A stretch of 32,000 nucleotides of DNA, from contig NZ_CP011304.1 in NCBI RefSeq assembly GCF_000981785.2, positions 840,001-872,000 of the forward strand, written 5' to 3'. A program made the position numbers and the translations under genes. The notes beneath the pieces are model-generated. The model made no database searches. It was not told where the DNA came from and saw nothing but the letters and a program-made list of their open reading frames with translations. Positions 27,892 through 32,000 of the stretch are shown here, in pieces; within the stretch, counting starts at the first letter, position 1, and every line of letters starts with the position of its first letter. This stretch comes from Microcystis aeruginosa NIES-2549. Lineage in GTDB: Bacteria; Cyanobacteriota; Cyanobacteriia; Cyanobacteriales; Microcystaceae.

Positions 27892-28083
27892 TTAGATGAG
27901 TTTGAGTTCATCCTCAAAAAACCAAGTAGCGGTCTTATCATCGAACTGGACAACAGCACCAACACCGCTGCCATCGGTCATCTTAAAATTTTTGATGACA
28001 CCCACTTTACCCAATTTACCCGCTACATCCGAGTTAACGCGGTCTCTTAAGCGACAGACCTTGACTTTTTGCCCGATTTCCAT
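27892..28083 (-). CDS. Small conserved cyanobacterial protein (DUF2862-like, probable SH3/KOW-like fold)
   Basis: MEIGQKVKVCRLRDRVNSDVAGKLGKVGVIKNFKMTDGSGVGAVVQFDDKTATWFFEDELKLI. The ORF-track start at 28116 is a TTG, so I prefer the ATG at 28083. It lies 22 nt upstream of the ArsA-like gene. The family name is from memory and is uncertain. Confidence 0.55.
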   Translation of the reverse strand: MEIGQKVKVCRLRDRVNSDVAGKLGKVGVIKNFKMTDGSGVGAVVQFDDKTATWFFEDELKLI

Positions 28084-28233
28084 TACTTCCACAGTTTTAA
28101 TAAGACGATAATTCAATAAACCAATCCTAAGTTTAATATAAATTCGTGTCAGATAAACCCCCCAATGCTCTTCAGTTATCGGTCTTTCTCAGATCATCTG
28201 CACTTAGCGATCATATATACTAGCAAAAAGGTT

Positions 28234-28566
28234 TTATTTGGTTTCTGGGGCAGCATTTTGCCGATTTTCCAGTTGTTCCCTTTGCTTGCGTTTAAACTCC
28301 TCGGCCGCTTCGTTGATATTATTGAGGCTGTCTTCCTGAAATTCCGATCCGTCCCGGCTACGGCGAAAATTACTATTATGAATCAAGTCTAGAGGATTAA
28401 AACCACCGAGATCATCCCTGCCATCGGAACTACGTTCATTTTTTTGATAGTCCGGTTGACTGGGGTTCAAGCTTTGAGCTAACACTTGCGGACTAAAATC
28501 AGCCCCGACTAATAAAATAGTAGCTAGGAATAAAGACGATTTGAGCAACATTTTTTGAGTATTCAT
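28234..28566 (-). CDS. Small secreted hypothetical protein with a highly charged C-terminal half
   Basis: SD GAGGAG lies upstream of the ATG. Signal peptide MNTQKMLLKSSLFLATILLVGADFSPQVLA. I recognise no family. Confidence 0.6.
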   Translation of the reverse strand: MNTQKMLLKSSLFLATILLVGADFSPQVLAQSLNPSQPDYQKNERSSDGRDDLGGFNPLDLIHNSNFRRSRDGSEFQEDSLNNINEAAEEFKRKQREQLENRQNAAPETK

Positions 28567-28614
28567 AATCTAACTCCTCAGAAAATTAAGTGGGTAGGTG
28601 TTAAAAGTTGTCAG

Positions 28615-28688
28615 GCACCCCCCTTATTAAGGGGGGACTAAGGGGGGATCGGCACCCCCCTTATTAAGGGGGGACTAAGGGGGGATCA
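28615..28688 (+). repeat. Perfect tandem duplication of a 37-bp unit that contains a C6/G6 palindrome
   Basis: GGCACCCCCCTTATTAAGGGGGGACTAAGGGGGGATC occurs twice (28615-28651 and 28652-28688). Each unit has a hairpin CCCCCC-TTATTAA-GGGGGG plus a second G6 run. Confidence 0.95.
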
Positions 28689-28782
28689 GAGGCAAAATCT
28701 ATCTTCAATTTAATTATAACTACTTACTTGTCTAGTTTTTGGTGGTGAGAAAGTTACAAGCTTTTCAGTGAACAGTAAACTG

Positions 28783-28803
28783 ATAACTTATAACTGATAA
28801 CTG
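28783..28803 (-). repeat. Three CAGTTAT-type heptamers on the minus strand, 2 nt downstream of the stop of the ABC-2 permease gene
   Basis: The + strand reads ATAACTTATAACTGATAACTG. In gene orientation the sequence after the stop is TAA-AT-CAGTTATCAGTTATAAGTTAT. Confidence 0.85.
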
Positions 28804-28805
28804 AT

Positions 28806-29702
28806 TTAAGCAAAACGACGACGAAGCAAGGGCTGAATTGCTAAAAGGATTAGCAGATCAAAAGCTAAGAGCAGGGCTAAAACTGTCAAGAAATTGAGGT
28901 CAAGCCAAGGGGTTTGTAAGACTATGCTATCAAAAGACCAGTGCTGATTGAAATAAATATAACGGATTGGTTCGATCGCATAGGTAAGAGGGTTGAGACT
29001 AGCGATTACTTGTAACCAATCTGCCATAAAGTTTAAGGGAGCGAGGGCGGTACTGGCAAATAAAAGCGGTAAATTGGTGACGAAAATGACGGCGATTAAT
29101 TCGATATGTCCGGGCAGAGCAAAGGTTAAACTGAGACTTAAGGCAGTCATCCCCAAAACGATTAGGAAAACAATCAAAGCGATCGCACCTAATCCGGCTA
29201 AACTAGGCAATCCTGCCCCTAAAAAGGCACTAGCGGCCACGATCGAGGCGGTTTGGATGAAACTGAGGGCGATAATATAGATGGTAGAAGCGGCCACGAT
29301 CGAGTAACGAGTGGTTAAAGGTGCTACCAACAGACGGTTAAGGAAGCCAAATTCTCGATCGAACATTACCGGCAAACCAGCATTTAAGGCCCCGGAAAAA
29401 GCGGTAAAGACAATCACCCCGGGGGCGAGAAATTTAGCATAACTGAGATCGTTGCCGAATAGACCCTGGGGAGCATTATAAAACAATGCCCCGAATAAAA
29501 TCAGCCACATAAAGGGCTGAATTACCCCCGCGATTAGGGTTGAAGGACGACGTTGTAATTGGATGAACAGACGTTTAGTCATGGCCAGAGTTTCTTGCAG
29601 AAATTCCCCTAGCACATTTCCCCCATCGTCCACTGTTGCTGCTCTAGTGGGATTGGGGGCTAAACTAGCTTTTAAGGAAGAAGGTGTGATGGTTTGGCTC
29701 AT
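28806..29702 (-). CDS. ABC-2 type transporter permease (Ycf38-like), with no adjacent ATPase gene
   Basis: 298 aa with six predicted TM helices. The N-terminal block RLFIQLQRRPSTLIAGVIQPFMWLILFG is typical of the ABC-2/DrrB/NodJ-type membrane domain. Confidence 0.75.
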   Translation of the reverse strand: MSQTITPSSLKASLAPNPTRAATVDDGGNVLGEFLQETLAMTKRLFIQLQRRPSTLIAGVIQPFMWLILFGALFYNAPQGLFGNDLSYAKFLAPGVIVFTAFSGALNAGLPVMFDREFGFLNRLLVAPLTTRYSIVAASTIYIIALSFIQTASIVAASAFLGAGLPSLAGLGAIALIVFLIVLGMTALSLSLTFALPGHIELIAVIFVTNLPLLFASTALAPLNFMADWLQVIASLNPLTYAIEPIRYIYFNQHWSFDSIVLQTPWLDLNFLTVLALLLAFDLLILLAIQPLLRRRFA

Positions 29703-30036
29703 GAAATATTTACCTCTAATGCAGTCTTAACGAGTAATTTGGATAGTCAACAGTTTATAAGTGATCAGATGGCTCTCTTGAGGTTCTGGTGATCAGCAAA
29801 TCCTCTCGAAGAAAAGGCCGACACCCTACCACTTCTCCAATATACAAGGGGCGTAAGCCCTAGGGGAAAGGAATGTAAATATTTATTAAATTGTAGCCTT
29901 TGATACAATGCGGAGGGGGTGAAGTGTGTATGCTCTGCTTGAGCATTTGCTGGTCATTGTTTTGGGTTGCCCGATCGCTTAACCCGAATCGAAATGTCAC
30001 GCACTCAAACCATTTACCATTAACCCTTTTCTTTTG

Positions 30037-30786
30037 ATGAAAATAAAACAACTCGGCATTGTCTCCGCCGGGGTTGCCCTGGCAACTCTGGGAACCAGTG
30101 CGGCACAAGCTGCTTTGGTGGTCGTCCCTCCCGACTTGGCCGTTGGCGATCAGTATCGTTTGGTGTTTGTCACTGAAGGCAAACGGGATGCAACAAGCAC
30201 CGACATCGATGACTACAATAACTTTGTCACCAGTCAAGTGTTGCCAGCAGGGACGACTGATACGGCTCTCTATCAGGCTTTAAAGATAGCAGGAATTGAC
30301 CCGAATACGATTACTTGGAAGGCGATCGGTTCTACTGCTTCAGTCGATGCCCGTGATAATACGGGTACTAATCCGACATTGAGTACGGGTGTTCCGATCT
30401 ATCTCATAGATGGCAACCGGGTCGCCAACAATAATGCCGATCTCTGGGATGGCAGCATCCAAACCGCTATCAATCGCACTCCTGACGATTGGCAATTGAA
30501 TGAGCCAGTCTGGACAGGGACCAATAACAATGGAACAGCGGAGAATGGAAGACTTGGTGGTGGCTCCCTGGGGCAAGTAAGATACGGGCGCGCCAGTTCG
30601 ATTACAGCTGAGTGGATTACCATGGACGATTCCAACCGCTTTGGTATCAGCCGGTTATATGGCATCTCCTCCGTGCTGACAGTTCCGACTCCAGCAGTCA
30701 CTGTCCCCGAACCCTCTAGCCTTCTTGGTTTTATCACACTGGGCGGTTTAATGTTAGGAGGTGCTGTCCGCAAAGCTAGAAAATAA
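30037..30786 (+). CDS. PEP-CTERM sorting-domain secreted protein
   Basis: Signal peptide MKIKQLGIVSAGVALATLGTSAAQA. The C-terminus VPEPSSLLGFITLGGLMLGGAVRKARK has the PEP motif, a TM helix and a basic tail. The ORF-track start at 30034 is a TTG directly before the ATG at 30037. Confidence 0.8.
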   Translation: MKIKQLGIVSAGVALATLGTSAAQAALVVVPPDLAVGDQYRLVFVTEGKRDATSTDIDDYNNFVTSQVLPAGTTDTALYQALKIAGIDPNTITWKAIGSTASVDARDNTGTNPTLSTGVPIYLIDGNRVANNNADLWDGSIQTAINRTPDDWQLNEPVWTGTNNNGTAENGRLGGGSLGQVRYGRASSITAEWITMDDSNRFGISRLYGISSVLTVPTPAVTVPEPSSLLGFITLGGLMLGGAVRKARK

Positions 30787-30794
30787 TGCCCCAA

Positions 30795-30829
30795 GGGAGA
30801 GGAGACGCGGGTTTCCTCTCTCTTTTTTT
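30795..30829 (+). terminator. Intrinsic terminator of the PEP-CTERM gene
   Basis: GGGAGAGGAGAC-GCGG-GTTTCCTCTCTC forms a ~12-bp stem with two G-U pairs and is followed directly by T7. It starts 9 nt after the stop codon. Confidence 0.75.
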
Positions 30830-30894
30830 GGGGGTTATGAGTAGCATCTCAGTCACGAATTATGCTAGGATTCGCCCTAGAATGATAAAAAATC

Positions 30895-31065
30895 ATGACT
30901 ACACAAGCAACAGTAATCCAAGGCACGGCCAGGGAAATTAGAGAAGCACTGGCGCTTATACCAGATGATGAAATTGTCCGCCTTATGGTGGGTCGTCCCA
31001 GCTTATCTATTAGACCTCTCCAAAAATTTATAAGTCAGTCACAGCAAGGAAGAGAGGCAGATTAG
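30895..31065 (+). CDS. Small hypothetical ORF (56 aa), possibly the 5' remnant of a gene interrupted by the adjacent IS
   Basis: Manual translation gives MTTQATVIQGTAREIREALALIPDDEIVRLMVGRPSLSIRPLQKFISQSQQGREAD. There is no clear SD and it is absent from the ORF track. The 3' third runs into the sequence flanking the transposase gene. Confidence 0.3.
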   Translation: MTTQATVIQGTAREIREALALIPDDEIVRLMVGRPSLSIRPLQKFISQSQQGREAD

Positions 31066-32000
31066 ACCAAGAGTCAAAATTAGCTCTCAAAACCGATTAA
31101 TCAGGGTTTGAAGAGACAAAATCCAATTTTGACGGAAAACTATGGCTAATTATAACGTCAATTACTTCCCCTGATTGCTCCCCTTCTATTACTTCTAAAA
31201 TTAGCGCACTAATTCTCAACCTTACTAAGCCACAAACGGTCAGTAAAACCGATTTATATCGACTTTTATTTAATCTAAATCTTTCTTGAACTACTTTAAA
31301 TACTTTGACAACTCGAATTAAATGCTCAACAAAAATTCGCCGAGATGATAAAACTTTATTTTCTTTAATTTGATTCTCGGTTAATTCTCCATTCTTAGGT
31401 TTTTTATCAGGAGTTCTGATTTGATTTTCTCCTAGGTAAGCTTTATCTCCAATAAAAGTTTGTTGAGAATCGAATTTGCTTAAAGTTTGCCGACAGATTT
31501 TTATGTCGCTCGTCGGACCAGGTTGACCAATAACTACATCAACAATATCTTCAGCTTTTGGCAAGACAATAAATTGACTTTTTAAAGTATGTCTTTTTTG
31601 CTTTCCCGAATAATATATTTTTTGTTCTTGATAATCGGTCGGCCTCTCCACGGGCTGTTCTGCGCTATCGACAATCAACTCATAATCCCTTAATTGTTCA
31701 ATTATTATTTCCTCTTCTTGGCACTTCTTTATTTGTTCTAACAAACTTGGCGGTAACTCTCCTTCAAAAAGTTTTTGCCAATAGGTAAAGATATTATGAG
31801 CCGTTGATTCACTCACTTGAAATATTAGTCCTAAGATTTGAAAGCTTAGATGATGTCTTAAATAAACCAACATTAGAACAATTTGTTCCTCTTCTGATAA
31901 TTTAGGAGGTGTTCCGCTTCCTGGTTGATTAATCCTAATTTTGGTTTTTTCGATTTCTGATTGGTTTTTCCGATGTATAAGTTTTCCAAGTGCCATCAGT
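31066..32000 (-). mobile_element. Insertion sequence, partial. The right end lies outside the window and the left boundary is only approximate.
   Basis: It contains the transposase CDS. Terminal inverted repeats cannot be defined because only one end is present. ATTAGACC occurs twice (31008-31015 and 31061-31068) near the presumed left end. Confidence 0.5.
31097..31996 (-). CDS. IS5-superfamily transposase (HTH_Tnp_4 plus DDE_Tnp_4, Harbinger-like)
   Basis: 299 aa. The HTH region is LVYLRHHLSFQILGLIFQVSESTAHNIF. The DDE triad candidates lie in LIVDSAEQPVERP, FIGDKAYLG and RIFVEHLIRVVK, and all are intact. Confidence 0.85.
   Translation of the reverse strand: MALGKLIHRKNQSEIEKTKIRINQPGSGTPPKLSEEEQIVLMLVYLRHHLSFQILGLIFQVSESTAHNIFTYWQKLFEGELPPSLLEQIKKCQEEEIIIEQLRDYELIVDSAEQPVERPTDYQEQKIYYSGKQKRHTLKSQFIVLPKAEDIVDVVIGQPGPTSDIKICRQTLSKFDSQQTFIGDKAYLGENQIRTPDKKPKNGELTENQIKENKVLSSRRIFVEHLIRVVKVFKVVQERFRLNKSRYKSVLLTVCGLVRLRISALILEVIEGEQSGEVIDVIISHSFPSKLDFVSSNPD

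Noticed and set aside
28615-28688. Possible CRISPR array (37-bp direct repeats)
   Set aside because: Only two units are present, they are directly adjacent with no spacer, and there are no cas genes in the window.
27896-29280. + strand ORFs 27896-28111, 28165-28392 and 28993-29280
   Set aside because: Each lies antisense to a better-supported minus-strand gene: the DUF2862-like gene, the small secreted protein gene and the ABC-2 permease gene. They have no SD or motifs.
29860-30237. 125-aa minus-strand ORF overlapping the start of the PEP-CTERM gene
   Set aside because: It overlaps the signal-peptide region of a well-supported + strand gene. It has no SD, no motifs and a Cys/Gly-rich composition that looks random.
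30340-30794. Minus-strand ORFs 30340-30576 and 30399-30794
   Set aside because: They lie antisense to the PEP-CTERM gene, which has a signal peptide, a PEP-CTERM anchor and its own strong terminator.

Overview
This is a 32 kb chromosomal segment from a cyanobacterium, most likely Microcystis-like. The taxon call rests on about eleven GCGATCGC (HIP1) octamers, STRR-style heptamer arrays, AT-rich codon usage and photosynthesis gene content. I cannot confirm it without a database search.

Most of the window is core housekeeping:
- a partial SLH-domain envelope protein and a 2045-aa TamB/TIC236-type assembly protein
- a HoxW-like hydrogenase maturation protease
- an MscS channel
- a saccharopine-dehydrogenase-like oxidoreductase
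- an orphan histidine kinase
- CIRCE-controlled groEL2
- an ABC-F ATPase
- a sulfite-oxidase-like molybdoenzyme
- rpmF
- acsF
- a co-directional run: small conserved protein, ArsA/Get3-like protein, chlG, BI-1-family protein, hli
- a Ycf38-like ABC-2 permease
- a PEP-CTERM protein
- an IS5-type (DDE_Tnp_4) transposase at the right edge

I found no recognisable classical defence system (CRISPR, restriction-modification, toxin-antitoxin, retron) and no rRNA or tRNA genes.

The regions I consider worth a second look are:
1. 13986-16263: a three-domain peptidoglycan-attacking protein with no signal peptide (GH24 lysozyme, PG-binding domain, C-terminal YkuD/Tlde1-like His/Cys domain), followed by a Sec-exported SH3b protein.
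2. 7636-8665: a GNAT acetyltransferase gene bracketed by inverted copies of a roughly 100-bp dispersed repeat. A third copy lies upstream of the lysozyme gene.
3. 26793-27869: an ArsA/Get3-like protein with a degenerate Walker A motif, separated from chlorophyll synthase by only 6 nt and lying in the same strand run as an HLIP gene that is absent from the ORF track.
4. 23472-23660: stacked heptamer arrays with strong G-quadruplex potential, plus CAGTTAT arrays that start directly after two stop codons.
5. Smaller items: G/C homopolymer tracts inside coding regions, an orphan stem-loop in an AT-rich spacer, a 37-bp C6/G6 tandem repeat, and a small ORF possibly cut by the IS.

All functional calls come from reading the translated sequences by eye for motifs. 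No searches were run.
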